DNA of 64,000 bases from contig LSRY02000034.1 of the NCBI GenBank assembly GCA_001643675.2, forward strand, positions 744,001 through 808,000, given 5' to 3'. A program made the translations under genes and the position numbers. Shown piece after piece: positions 12,790-27,049 of this stretch. Source of the stretch: Monocercomonoides exilis PA203 (lineage: Eukaryota > Protista > Preaxostyla). The first letter of the stretch is position 1. Every line of letters begins with the position of its first letter. Below the pieces are notes generated by a model that saw only the letters and a program-made list of their open reading frames with translations, did no database searches and was not told the origin of the DNA.

Positions 12790-15700
12790 TTAACGAGGTA
12801 ATCTAACAAAAGTGGATTTTTGAAACTTGCCATGCCTTAAATATACAGTATGAGCAAGTTCGTCAAGCTTTTGCATTTTTCTAATCTGAATAGCTGGAGA
12901 CTGCTCAGTAATTCTAACAGAATCCATCGAACTTGAAATATCCTGAATTTGTTCAGCGAAGGAATGCGCAAATGAACCTTCACGAGGAGAAGTGCTAACA
13001 GTTAAAGATGCGGCTATTCTTGTAACCTGATTATTTTCATCTCTTCTTCTCCCACCTCCAGAAACGCTAATTCCAGTTGATGCATCTTGTGAATACGGAG
13101 TCAAGCTCACAACACATTCACTTCCTCTTTCGTTTTGCCTGCGCTCATTGCGCCTCATTGGCGTTCTGAACAAACACTTCTCTGTTTTGCGCTTTCTTGC
13201 AAACAAACCCCACCTTCTAACCCCTCCATCTGCACTCAGCACTGCCACTTCTGTCCCGTCTGGCGATAAAGCCACGTGCAGTGGGCGGCCAGGTAGACTC
13301 GCCAGCTCAGCAAAGCAGTGAATGAATATTTTACCTTCATCAAAATTTAAGGCAGTTGCGGAATTATTTGGCGACGAAAGCGGGCGGAAGGGGGATAATT
13401 CGGACGGGCGAGGAGGGGAATAAGACAGCTGTGAAGTTTGAGAATTTGCTGACGAAGAGGCAGAAAATTCCGAGGCTGCTTGCTGCGACATATCCCGCTG
13501 TCTGAAGGGAGAGCAAAGAGTTGGAAGACAAGAAGGACTCGAATTTGAACCCAAAAAAGGGAATTTTCTGGCTTGTGATGAAAATGAGTCATCGAATTCT
13601 GAGTCAAATGGGATATTTTTGCTGTGTTTGCGTGCTGCTTCGCGTAATTTCTGCTGTTTTGGAACGAAAGAATTGAAGTTTGGGGCGGTGGGAGTGGAAA
13701 ACACGAGAGAAAATTCACTTACTGCATTTTTTGAGGGGTCTGGGATTATATTGCTTGAGAATGGAAGAGAAGAAGAAGAAGAAGAAGAAGAGGAGGAGGA
13801 GGAGGAAGAAGAAGTTGATGATGATGATTGAATAGGAGGATGAAGTAACTGTTGTGATGAATTAGAAGAAGAATTTGATAAATCTGAAGAAGAAGAAGAA
13901 GAAGAAGAAGAAGAAGAAGAAGAAGAAGAAGAAGAAGAAGAAATAGTTTTCTGATTAATTGTTGAATTGTTTAATGTTTCTGACAGTTTTGGCGAAGGAA
14001 AGCGTTCAGTGAGATATTCAATCTCTGATTTGAACAAGGATGAGAGGGAAGGGAAAGAAGAGGAAGAGGAAGAAGAGGAAGAAGAAGAGGAAGAAGAAGG
14101 GGAAGAAGAAGATGATGAAGTTTCTATTGATGTTGATGATGATGTTGTGTTTGATGATGATGATGATGATGGCAATTTATTAGAAGAAGAAGAAGAAGAA
14201 GAATTCAAAATCTTAATTTCTTCTTCGTGTTTGTCTTTCTCTTCAGATTTTGGTGTCAGCATTTCGAGCAGATGAAGCATCGATGGAGGAAGAGGCGGTG
14301 GGCCGTTTGACCGAAGTGCGGAATTAATTATGCGGCTGGTGAAAGAAGGAGAGAAGGAGAGAGAAGGAGAAGGGGAAATGACGATGGGAGAAGAAGAAGA
14401 AGAAGAAGATAATGAAGGAGGAGGAGAAAGAGAAGATGAGGAGGAAAAAATAGAAGAAGAAGGAGAAGAAGTGGAGGAAGAAGAAGGTGAATGAATAGAA
14501 GAAGAAGAAGAAGAAGAAGGAGGGGAAAGAGAAGAAGAAGAAAGAGAAGAAGAAGAAGAATCAGCCAAAGACATCATATTTATATTTTCATGTGAAGGAG
14601 TGATAAAAGATCTGAAAATATCAAATTTCGAATCTTCGCTGTTTTCGCTTTGCTCTTCGTCTTCTGCTGCTAACAATGCAATCGCAGCCATCACACCTTG
14701 TTCATCTCCTTCTTTCACGTCTTTTTCATTTGACTTGTCAAATTTTCCGATTTTTTCTGATTTTTCAATGTTTTTTGATTTTTCTGATTGCTCTCTTCTT
14801 TCTCTTCTTTCAGTACTATCAAATTCTCCTAATTCTTCTAATACTTCTAACCCGCTTAATCTTTCTCTTCCTTCTCTTCCTTCAAACCTTGTTCCATTTC
14901 TCCTTTCTCCCTTTGGCGTGCTGATTGCTTCAACCAAAAACGTTCCTGTTAAATTTCCTGTCAGATTTGCATCGCTCATTTCTTCATTGAAACTTTCATC
15001 TGCTTTTCTCAATGTTTCCAAAGCCATAGAAATCGCATCATTTTGCTGATTTTGCAGATTTTCTGAATTTCCCTTGAATTTTTCGAGTTTTTCGAGTTTT
15101 TCAGTTTGATTTTGACTTTCTGATAGAATTTTCTGTTCAAAAAGTTTTCTTTCTTTCTCTTCTCCTCCTTCCTTCTCTCCTCCAATTTCAGCATTATTAT
15201 TATAAAAATCACAATCATCATCCATTTTATCTGCTTTTTCATTGCTTCCACATTCATCTTTCATATGAAAACTTTCATCTTTGAATCTTCTGTGTGAACT
15301 GCCTGATTGAATGTTAATATTTTGCTCTGTTTGTTGAGGGGTTGAGAGTGAAGAAGAACAAAACTCGAATCTTTTCTCAAATTTCTCTCTTTCTTTTTCT
15401 CTTTCTTCATTTTCTTTTTCTTCCTCTTTTTCCTCTTCTTCTTTCTCCTCTTCTTCTTCATCCATTCCCCTCCACCTTCTTCTTATTCTCCTTCTTCGAT
15501 TGCATTCCTCAGTTTCATAGCTTCCAATACGAATATATCCAATTCTTCCTTCTTCTTCCTCTTCCTCTTCCTCTTCCTCTTCTTCTTCACCATCCAAATA
15601 ACTTTTGTGTTGCTTCGCTTTTATCATTGAAGTCGTCCACCTCATCCTCCTTCTCTTCTCTTTCTCTTTCTCTTTCTCTCTCATTTTTGTCCTTCCTCTC

Positions 15701-16056
15701 TCCAATCTCTTTATCTCTACCCAGCTGTCTGTATATCTTCTTCCAATTTTCATACGCCTTCTTTTCGCACTTCGCATTGAAAAAACAGCATTTCCTCGAT
15801 TGCTTTGCTGATTATTGAGATATTGCTGGGCTCTTGCTAATAATCCTAATGTGTCATCATCATCATCATCATCATCATCATCTTCTTCTTCTTCTTTTTC
15901 TTTTTCTTCTTCATTTATTTCATCCATTTCTCCTTTTCTTTCGTCTTTTCTTCTTTCATTGTGTGAAATTGAACCATTTTCATACATTTTGTTCCTTGAA
16001 GACGTTTCTATTTCATCAGTGTAAATGCAATCAATGCTATTTCCTTTCCTTTTCTC

Positions 16057-16089
<33 letters not shown>

Positions 16090-16687
16090 TCTCATTTCAT
16101 TTGAAGACGAATTTGCTGCTGTTCTTCGTCTTCCTGCTGATTGTGCCATCTCAAAAAGATAAGGAGACTCCAAATCAGGTGAAAGGGAAGAAGATACGTG
16201 AAGGCTGGAAAGAGGGGTGCGGGTGGGGGTTTCTCTGTTTGTTTGTAAGTTAATTTGGTTGATTGTTCGAATAAAATATTTAATAAACAAACAAACAAAT
16301 AAATAAATAAATAGGTTTCAAAAAGCGATAAAACAATATGTTTTTATGATAAAAATAATTGAATAATTCAATCAAAAGCATTCAAAAGAAAAGAAAAGAA
16401 AAGAAAAGAAAAGAAAAGAAAAAGAAAGAAAGAAGAAGAAGAAAAAAAAACGAATTATTAAACACACAATGATCCTCTTTGAAACGGAGAGAACGGCAAC
16501 TGATTGCTCTGTCTAGGTGGTTGTCCGATAGAAGGAAGGGCAAGTCGGCGTGTGCCAAAAGGAGAACTGAAAGGAAGATCACGGGAGACAGGGAAGAAGA
16601 TGGCAGAAGAGGAAGAGGAAGAGGAAGAGGAAGAAGAAAAGGAAGAAGAAGACAACAAAGAAGAAGGTTGAGTGAGTGAAGAAGAAG

Positions 16688-16718
<31 letters not shown>

Positions 16719-19700
16719 TGGATGATTGGATGAAGTGAATGGAGATGAAGAAGAGAACGAAGCGGAAGAAGTGGAGGCTGTTTGGTGGGATAAATGATGT
16801 GATGGCGAAGTGATTGGTGAAGATGAAATGTTGAATGAAGCGGGAAATGAGGAAGAAGAAGAGGAGGATGATGAACTTGAAGACGGAGAAGAGGAAGAAG
16901 AGGAAGAAGAGGATGAAGTGAAAGAAGAAGAAGAAGAAGAGGAGGAAGAAGTTCCAGAAGCAGAAGAATTGGAAGGAAGAAGAGGAGACTGTATGGAATC
17001 AGAAGAAATTGATGTTGTTTGTGGCATTTGCTGATCAAAAGACAAATAAGTTGCTGAATAATCACTGTTTGAGAAGAGTTTTTCTTCTTCTGTCAAATTT
17101 GTCCTCCTTTTTGTTTCAGAAGATGTTTGGATTGCTTCTATTTGCTCGCATTGTGGAGTGGAAAGTGAAGAAGTTTGATCGAATTCATTCATTTGTTCAT
17201 CTCTTTCATGATAATCTTCTTCTTTTTTTCTCTTTTCTCTTTCTTCTTCTTCTTCTTCAGCATCTTTTCCTTCCCCTCTTTCTTCCTCCTTCTCCTCACC
17301 TTCATCTCCCTCTCGTGTCTCAGACTGAATCTGACTGCTTTGCGGCTCCAAATCAGGAAAAGCATCAATTCCTGCATCGCCCTCAGAAGCAGCAAGAAGA
17401 TTCGCTTTTTCGATTTCCTTCACAAATTCCTCTTCTTCTGCCTCGCTTTCCTCTTCGAAATTCAACAAACTCTGCTTCCTTCTCAGAATCCTGCGAAGAA
17501 CTTGCAGAAATTTCTTCTTTCTTTGCTCTTCTTTCTTCTGCTGCTTCTTCTGCATCATTCTCGCTCGTCTTGCTATAATTTCTGCTTTTCTTCTGCTTTT
17601 TCCATATCCTCCATTTCCATCATCATCATCATCATTGTCACTATGAAAATAATCATTAACAATATAATCATTGAAACTTTTGCTCCCTTCTTTCTTCTCT
17701 TCCTTTTCTTCACCACCTATCAATTCTTCCTCTTCTCCTTTTTTTCTTTCTTGCTCCATCTCTTGACTAGCCACATCCAATTCTGTTTCTTCCTTCTCCT
17801 CTTTCTCTCTTTCACTTGCTTCATCTGACTCATCCTCACTCTCAATCTCCACCTTCCCGCTGTAGATGTCTCTCAAATACTGCACAATATTCGCTTCCTC
17901 TTCCTCTTCTCTCCCATTCCCTGTCTCAATCTCTGCACCTGCCCCAACCCCTCTTTCTCCTTCTCCTTCTCCTTCTCTTTCTCCCTCTTCCCCTTCTCCC
18001 ATCCCTCCTCCCCCAAAATTCCCCTTCCCCTTCATCTCCTTCCCCTTCATCAGCGACCAGCAGATGAGGCTGTTCCTATTGAACCCGTGCGACGTCACGA
18101 AATGTCTCCCGTCTTTGCTCCACACAATGCAGCAGATCTGAGAAGAAGTGTCGATGTCATCGAGAAGCCTGTGGATGGGGAACAATACATCAGAACGGGG
18201 CGGGCTGAATGGATGGGCAGAGGCGAGGGCGAAGGAGGAGGAGGAGGATGATGATGAAGAGGAGGAGGACAATGATGACGATGGGAAAGAGGAAGAGGAA
18301 GAGGAAGAAGTTGAAGAATTGCGTAAAGGCGATGCAAAAAAGGAACCTTGCGATACGCCACTGATTTGTCGAGGAGTCTTTGGGGTTGATTGATTTGAAG
18401 GAGTTTGCCTTTGAAATTCTCTTTTTGCAGCATTTGACGATTGAAATGAGGGAAATTTCTGGACAGTTTGCGGAGACTGAAAGGAATGGATCAATGAAAA
18501 CTCCTGTGGATGCGAAGAAGGAAAATACATGAGGGGTGCCTTTGAAGGGGTGAAGTAGAGAGGAGATGGGGAAGAGAACAAAGAAGGCTTTGGGCTGTTC
18601 AAAGCGGAATGTGCGGCTGAGATGGATCTGCGGGTGCGAAAGGGAGAATTCAGAATGCGAGCAGAAGAAGGCGTTGATGAAGGAGAAGGGAAAGGAGAAG
18701 GGGAAGGAGAAGCAAAAGGAGAGGCAAAAGGCGAAGATGCAATAGATGCTGCTGAAAGATGATGAAGATGAGTTTGCATTGACATAATTGGAACGTCTTC
18801 TTCTTCGATTCCTCTTGGTAGTTTGAACATTTCATTGCAATTTATCATCCCCAGACGCCACAAGCAGAGCTGACGATCAGCTGTTCCTCCACCAGAAGCC
18901 AAAATAGATGGATTTGTTGGGTGGAAGGAGAGTGCTTTGACAGCTGAGCGGTGAAAGCGGATGCGGTGGAGGTAGTTTGCTTGAAGAAGTGAGGGAGGAG
19001 AGGGAAGGGAGTAAGGAAAGAACAATGTATTTATTGAAAGAAAAATGAAATAACAATCGAAAAAAAGAGAATAATTAAAGTTTAAAAAAAAAGTCAAACA
19101 ATCAAATAGAATAAATGAAAAAATAAAGAAGGAAAATTCAAAAAATTTCAATGCATACAATAATTGTAATGATGTGTTCGTGGATGTTTTACACGGTTCA
19201 GCATCCGAATATCCCACACATAAATAAGGCCATCACTTCCTCCGGCTGCCAAAAGCCTTTGATCGCTGTTCCAGGAAAGAGAGCAAACTTCTCTTTTGAA
19301 CTGTTCTATAATGTGAATGAGAGAAGAGCTAAATGGAAGCCCTGTTTGAGCATTTGTGTTCCGCACATTTATTCTTGGATCATGCAAATAGATCAATCCA
19401 TCTTGTCCTCCACTTGCTAAAATGTTGCACAGAGGCGAATGCTTAGCAACTCCAACACTGTGAAGAGATGGCCCATTCCAGGCCAAGCAATTCACACGAA
19501 GTTGATGAGGAGTAAGCTCATGTAATTTTTCTATTTTTTGAAAAATTTGAAAAAAACGAAAAAAAAAATGAATTCAAACGAGTTGGATTGTCCAAATCAA
19601 TGACAGTTATGGATCCGTCAGTAGCCCCAATGCAAAGATGAGAACCACTTGGATTAAACCGAACCGAACTCACCATATGCATGAAAGGCTCCGACATATG

Positions 19701-20100
19701 ATAAAATGAGAAATCTTTTTCTTCAACAACAGGAGGGCGATCAAGCTTAAACACAAGAAACGGATTTCCAGCTTCATAGTTCGGATCTGAAGCTAAAAAT
19801 GGACGCATTTTGGACTGAAACATTGAATTTTGAACAATATAAACGTCTTGATGATTAACGACAGCTAATTCATCTTGAGAGCTCCTATATTTATAAATAA
19901 TCAAATTAAAAATGCACAAAAAATGATTTATTATATTTTATCGGAGATATAGCTCACCAGTCGATAAGGGACATAAAAAACTCATCTGGAATTGGATCGA
20001 AGTTCATGAATAACTGCGGCTGTAACAGATGGACATCTGGTTTAAAATCATAATAATTTACTGTGTTCTGCAGTAAACATGTCTCCTCAAATTTGTCCAT
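12790..20100 (-). CDS. Cdc20/Cdh1 (Fizzy-family) WD40 APC/C coactivator-like protein, multi-exon, with very large low-complexity insertions
   Basis: Family motifs in order across exons: PDEFFMSLIDW|SSQDELAV, RVNCLAWN, LASGGQDGLIYLHDPR, EVCSLSWN...LAAGGSD, HRSAVKAL..HP...LASGGGTADR, DTSSQICCIVWSKDGRHFVTSHG, RPLHVALSPDG...SADGGVRRW. The start at 20100 is the best candidate; an upstream exon is not excluded. Confidence 0.85.
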
Positions 20101-20428
20101 CAAAAAATAAAAGAGAAAAATAAAAAATAAAAATATGAAAAATTGGACAATATTTTCTTATGGTTCAAGTTTGGATCAAATCTGTATTCAAAGAAATGAG
20201 AAGATAAAGCTATCCTTGTAGCAATATGTATTTAACAGTCTCTTTAAGTCCTTCATCATTTAAAATGAGTTTAAACAATAAATGTTTGAAAATACGATTA
20301 TTTTCAAAATGATATGAAATGGAAATAATAAATTACTTTGCAAATTAATGCATTAATGAAGTTATTTGGATAAAACAGAATAATTCGAATTAACAAATGC
20401 TCAATGCTATACAGCTTCTTTTCTTTGA

Positions 20429-21141
20429 CTAATGCTTCTTTCTAGGTACTCTCCAAGAGCTCCATCTGAGTTAATATTTATGAAAAATATCAGAAAAGCA
20501 CAATAATAAAATAAAATAAAAAAGTGAAAATTTGAAAAATAAATTTTGAATAATTTAAATGATAATTGTGTAATTAAAAAAAGATTCAAACAATAACAGC
20601 ATGAATTGCGAGTCATCATCTACACATGGGCTGATCAAAGTGTAATATTTCACAAATTGCTTCAACGTCATCTGCTCTTCAACTACAGAAAAGTTGGACA
20701 AAAACTGATGGAGAAACTGAAGAAAGAGGAGATGAAAAATGTGAAATGAAAAATAGTTTGAAATAAAAAAGAAAAAGAAAGAAAATATCGAATTGATTTT
20801 AAGGTTAAAAAAAAAAAACACCACAAAAAATGAATATAAAAGTCAAAAGTCAAAAAATAATAATAAAATATAAAAAAATATTCCATAAAAAATCATCAGA
20901 CCATGGCTTGACTTATCTTCCCTGTCTTCACATCGTCCTGATCGCGCACAACGAAATGTGTCTTGACAAACTCGAATGAAACCCAGCCATCTCTTTCTGG
21001 GTCTAACTTATCAAACATTGTGGCAACCTGCTGAAGCCTGGCTTGAGGAAGAGGAGGCTGTTTAAATAAATAAATAAATAAAAGAAAAAGAAAAGAGTGT
21101 GGAAGAAGATTTGGAAGGAAATAGATTGAAATAAAATTTCC

Positions 21142-21179
<38 letters not shown>

Positions 21180-24100
21180 ATTTCTGTAATAAAATACAAT
21201 GGAACAATTCATTGTTATCTTCTCTCTCTCTCTCTCCTTCTCTTTCTTTCTTTCTTCTTTCTCTCTCTCTCTCTCTCTTTTTTTTTCAAACCGCCAAATC
21301 ATTTATGAATATCTCATAAGGAAACAGCAATTTCTTCATTGCCTCGTCTGGTGATGTTGGATCCAGCCTCCTCACAGGAATATTCCTCCTCTCTCTTCTT
21401 CCTCTTCCTCTTCCTCCTCTTTCTTCTTCTTCTTCTTCTTCTTCTTCTCTTCTTCCTCCTCCTCCAACCCATCCATCTTTATCGCCTTCCTCCACTGCAT
21501 AGAACAAGAAGAGCTCCCACATTGCTTCGTTCTCCAACGACACACGACACTGCTTCATGGCAGAGAAGAAAGAAGACGCCAACACAAGGCCAGAGGTCTG
21601 AGAAAGGTTGCGAGGAGGTTGAAGCGAAGAAGAAGAAGAGGAAAAAGAAGAAGAAGAAGAAGAAGAAGTTAATTCATGCAGCAGAGAAGGATGAATGGGG
21701 GATCCCAAAGAAAGCGACGAGTTCGGATCGAATGTTTTGAAGACAGAAAGAAGAGAAACAAGAGCAGTGGGCGACTGCCTTCTGAGGATTCCTGTTATTC
21801 GGGTGAGTAAATTGGCAATAGGAGCGGTTTCTTCAGCACGGCGAGAGGGGTTGAAGGAGGAGGAAGAGGAGGGGGAAGAAGAGGAAGAAAAGGAAGAGGA
21901 AGAGGAAGAATAAGAAGGATTAACGAAAGAAGGAGAGGAGGAAGAAGAAGTTATTGCATTTACAGGCGTTTGCATCATCACTAGAATTCTTGTGCTTCGC
22001 GGAGTGACGATATTGCTTTCCTTCGCTTCTTCCTCTTCTCTTTCTCTTTCCCTTTCTCTTTCTCCTTCTTCTCCTCCTTCTTCATCTTCCTCTTTAATAA
22101 CATCATCATCTTCTTCTCCTCCTATCCTTCTTCTAAATGCACTTCTATTGGAAATTGCACTGTTGTTGTTGTTGTTGTTAGAGCGAAACGGTGTAGAAGA
22201 CATGGCAGAATAAGAAGTGGAATAGTTTGAAGAAGAAGAAGAAGAAGAAGAAGAAGAAAGAGAAGAAGAAGAAATCGAAGAAGAAGGTGTGTGAATTTGA
22301 GGAAATTGCGATATTTGCAATGATTTTGGTGTTTTTGGTGTTTTTGGTGTGTTTTGTGATTCAGTTGTTTGTTGTCTGCTCAGAAAAGAAGAAGCAGGAG
22401 AAGCAAAAGGGAAACCAGCAGATGTGTTGGAGACGTGAGAAGAAGGGGTGGAAGGGAGAATAAGGTTGTTAGAGATGTTATTCTTTGTGCTATTATTATT
22501 ATTATTACTATTATAAGGATAAGCATCATCATCATAGTCATTATCTTTATCTTTATTGTTGTCAATGTTTTGGTGATATGGATGAGAAGAAGAAGAAGAG
22601 GAGGAAGAAGAAGAAGTTGATGCTGCTGCTGCTGCTGATGATGATGATGGAGAAGAAGAAGAAGAAGAAACACGACGAAGAGGAGAAGAGGAGAAAGAAG
22701 AGGAAGGGCGGGAAGAAGCAGCTGGAGAAGGATCAATGCTGTCATTGAATGAGTGATGATTAAATGGAGAAGAATAAGGAGGAGGAGAAGAAGAAGAAGG
22801 ATAAGGAGGGGAAGAAAATGAAGAAGAAGAAGAAATAGAAGAGGGAGAAGAAGAGGGAGAAGAAGAGGGAGAAGAAGAATAAGTTTGAGGCATGTTTGAA
22901 TGAAAATCCCTTCTTCTTTCGCTCATTGGAGTGGACAAAGCAGAGCCATAAAGAGAAGAAGAAGTGTCAGCGTTTCTGTATGAAGAAGAGAAGCGAGAAG
23001 AAGAAGAAGAAGAAGAGGGAGGAGAGGAGGAGGAGGAGGAAGAAGAAGAAAAAGGGGAAGAAAACGGAGAAGAAGAAGAAGAAGAAGAAGAAGAAGAAGA
23101 AGAAGAAGAGGATGAGGAGGAAGGCTGTTGATTGAATTTGCCAGGAACAGGAGAAGAATAATCGCTCAGAAGGAATTCAGAGCGAGTTGGGAGAGGTTTT
23201 TGAGTGGGGGTGGAGAATAACCGGGTGGAAAGAGAGGAAGAAGGGGTGGAGAAAGGAGAAGAGGAAGAGGAAGAGGAAGAGGAAGAGGAGGAAGAATAAG
23301 GAGAGGAAGAAGAAGAGGAAGAAAGTGAAGAAGAAGAAGAAGAAGAAGAAGGAAAAGAAGCGAAACGAGAAGGTGTGGAGTGGAAGCGAACGGAAGGTGG
23401 TGAAGGATCTAAATATGATTGAGACAAAGAAGAAGAAGAGGAATTTGAAGAATTCAATGAAAAACTGCTCAAATTCGACAAATCATTCACCGAAGCAGCC
23501 GAAAATTTGCCAAGTTGCGACGTCCACATATCCTTCAGAGCTGATTCAAAGGCATAATTTTCTCTAATCGTCAGCCCCATCCACAGGGAGAATAACATAA
23601 AGCCATCAATTCCAATAAATTCAGCCATTTTCCCGTCATTTGCAGTGTTTTCTGGTGTTTTCTGTGAAAATTCGCGTTTTCCTCTCCCTCCACTCCCTCC
23701 TCCTCCTCCTCCTCCTCCACTGCCGCTTCTGAGTGGAGTGCTGTGACCGCCCCAGATCCAAGTATCATCATTGCTATTGTTGTTGGATGAATAATCTTTT
23801 GTTTCACTTCTTCCTCCTCTTCCTCTTCCTCCTCTTCCTCCTCTTCCTTCTTCTTCTCCATCCTCTTCTTCTTTCTTTCTTCTTTCATTGCTTTTATTTG
23901 AATTACTAATCAAAGCATTCACAGCAGAATTTCCAAGCTTCAAAGCAGCATCGCATAGAAGATCTGGGTTGAACGAGGCAAGAAACATGGAACGAATGGA
24001 AGATTCTATTGAAAGTGAAGAGGAGAAAGAGGAAGAAGAACGAGAAAAACGTCTGGAGGGCGATAAAGAAGAAGAAGAAGAAGAAGAAGAAAATATATTT

Positions 24101-27049
24101 GGATGGCCACGTGTTGTGAACACGCGACGAAGATAGATAAATGGAAGCTCCAAACGCAATAAGTCAGAGGAGGAAGAAGAAGAAGAAGAAGAGGTTGCAT
24201 TTGATCCTGAAATAATTAAAGAGGAAAATGATAAGTGAAAAAAAGAAAAGAAAAATTATGAAGATTTTGAATAAAACTCAAAAGTTTCATAAACATTACG
24301 AAAAAAACGAAAATTAATTCTCAAAAATTTCAATTAACCACAAAAACAAGAAAAACACCCCTCCTCGCATACCATTCTGTTTGTTATAAGCCGCTGCCAG
24401 CTCCGCCCAGCACTTCAGCACCACATCCATTCTTTCTCTATTCCTCCTCTCCATTTCATTCTCCTCTCCTTCATCTTCTTCACCCCGAATCTGTAGCAGA
24501 AATCTCAACACGCCAATGGCACTCACAATCTCCTGTGAATATCCAATCCTCCTCACACCTCCAGGTGTTTGCGTGTAATTAGTGCTTTGAAATGGGAAAG
24601 GCGATCCAGAAGAAGATGAAGATGAAGGAAAAACTTGTGTTGCTTCACCTTCTTCACACCAAATAGCATGAAACAGCCAGCGCAATGCTTCAGACTCGCA
24701 CTGAAGTTCGAATTTATTCCGCTCGGCAGCGCGGCTGTTTTCGTAATTTCTCCGTTTCTCCGAAATTGAATCTGGATTGCTAACAAACAGATAGATGCCG
24801 CTGTCAGAAAAGGCGTTGATCAGAGCTTTCAACGTAACAACATGAGAAAAAGAAGAAGTTGAAGAAGTTGAAGAAGAAGAAGAAGAAGAAGAAGACGACG
24901 ACGAAGAAGAAGAACCAGAAGAATTCACCTCCTTCATCCGAAGAGCAGAAGAAGGCACAGACAAAGCAAACAGCAGAAGTGAGTGCCAAAGATTGAACAA
25001 GCCAACATCGCCGTTTCGCCTGATCTCTTCCACAACTGCCTGGCAAACAAACTCCCTTTTTTCTTCATCGCTTAGCTGGTCCCACTGCTCCATCACTTTC
25101 AGTCGCCTGGCTTTGGCTTCTTCTCTTTCTCCTCTTTCTCTTTCCCTTTCTCTCGAATAGCTGCTCAGCTCATTTATTCTTCCTCTTCCTCTTGAAAGCG
25201 ACCTTTCTCTCGAGCGAGAGCGTTCATATTCTCTTTCCCTGCTTCTTTCCCTGCTTCTCTCTCTTTCTGCTCTCCTCCTCTCCATCTCTTCCTCTTCTTC
25301 TTCCCTTCTCCATTCATCTTCACTTCTTCCTCTCCCTCTCCCCCTTCCCCTTCCACTATCTCTTCCTCTCGAAACACTCCGAGAATACGATCGACTTTCC
25401 AGCAATGACTCACGCTCCAAACTTCTTTCGCGGCTTCTGCTGCTTCGCCTTGTTCTGTCCCTGCTTTCACTGAGTTCATATCCTTCTTCTCTTCCTCTTC
25501 CTCTTCCTCTTCCTTCTCTTCTTCCTCCTTCTCTTTCTTCATATCCATATTCATAATCATCATACTGTTTCCTTCCCGATCGATCACGATTCGCTCCTCT
25601 GTCTCCAGCTATTCTTCCTCTTTCTGCTTCAGATGAACCCAAATCGTCGTTCTGTGTGCTCCACCGCGACGAGCTGGCATTCCCCCTTCTTCTTCCTCTT
25701 TCTCTTCCATCATCTTGCCGCCTCGTCCCTTTCCAATCTGCCCATCTTCCGTCTTCTTCTCCTGCACCATCAAAATCATCTCCTCCATCACGACCATCAT
25801 CTTCGTTTCTTCCTGCTCTTCCTTCACGACCCCTCATGGGCGAAGCGGTTTTCCTTGGTGACCCATTTTCTCTCTCGCTCTCATTCCCTGTCTTCCTTTG
25901 CTGCTGCTGCTGCTGTTGTTTCTGTCTTTGCTTCTGCTGCTTCTCTTCTGCGTCGTTTTCAGCCAGGCATTCCATCAGCATGCTGCTTTCGTTCCGTGCC
26001 TTGATCCTCCGAAACACCTCCGCCGCGTCTGGCCCGTCGTCCTGCCGGTTTGCTGGGTCAAAGGCCGAACTTGGGCTGTCTTTCTGGAAGCGTCCTTCCC
26101 TTCTTCTCCAGCTATCATCTTCAGCAATCTGCCTGCTGCTTTCTTTGCGTCTGTCAGTGTTCTCCTCTCCGCATCTTCCCCAAATGTCTGCTTCCCCACT
26201 TTCTGTGAGCTGGTCGTTCGGCCTTCCTGCCCCTGGCCTGCGATATGGCGATCGTGAATCAATTAATTCCTCGTCAGATGGTTCTTGCTGACTTTGGATG
26301 CGAGAAGCAGATTTGGGGCTGGCTCCAAATGCTGTTTGAGGAGTTTTTGTGTAAGCTTTTGGAATTGCTTCAGAAAGATTCCACACAGCTCTCTATGCAA
26401 AAAACGAAAGAATAATCATTGAAAATTGTGAAATGATTATTCGGTAAAAGTTTGCAAACAACTTGAGCATTGAAATACTGATCTTCCTCAATTGTACAAG
26501 ATAACACTCGATGATAATTAAAGAAGTCATTATAGTTCACTCTTCCGCCAACTGCGTCAACGATAGGAAAAGCAAAATTTTGTTCAAATTCAGCCTTTTC
26601 AATGTTTGCTGACCGTTTTTTGTTTTTGACAAGAATGCTATTTTCAGGAACATACATATCTAATAAATCATTAAAATCAATTGAATTTTGGCCCTTTGAT
26701 ACTTTGCTCCAAGCTTTTTCGATCATCAAACGTCTATTCTCTGATACTTCCCCCTTCAAATAGAAAAGAAAAAATCATTTTCACAAAAAGCAAACAAAAA
26801 GTTTCTCCATACTAAAATCGCTGAAAGAAATGATTGCTTAGAAATCTGACCGTGTTCTTGCAGTTGCGTAAACAACCATTGAATTTCAGAATTTGAAATA
26901 TCAAATCCAAATCTTTCAAAAAATTCAATAAAACTAGGTTCATTAAAAAAAGACTGAGGGATTGAAATCAAGGCTTTAATAAAAATAAATCCATAATTTC
27001 TGGTTGGTTTAAAAAAATTTTGGCGAAGACGAGATAAAAGATTATCCAT
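20429..27049 (-). CDS. Calcyphosine-like EF-hand protein with three tandem modules and long Ser/Arg/Glu-rich insertions, multi-exon
   Basis: Module 1: GEVSENRRLMIEKAWSKV...FFNYHRVLSCTIEEDQYF...WNL. Module 2: RMDVVLKCW...LRRVFTTRGHP...LTIRENYAFESALKDMW. Module 3 after splicing: PPLPQARLQQVATMFDKLDPERDGWVS...FVKYYTLISPCVDDDSQFMLLLWSSWRVPRKKH, stop at 20429-20431. Confidence 0.75.

Noticed and set aside
13347-26291. Many short poly-K/E/L/F ORFs on alternative frames and strands
   Set aside because: Artefacts of triplet low-complexity tracts within the two large minus-strand genes.
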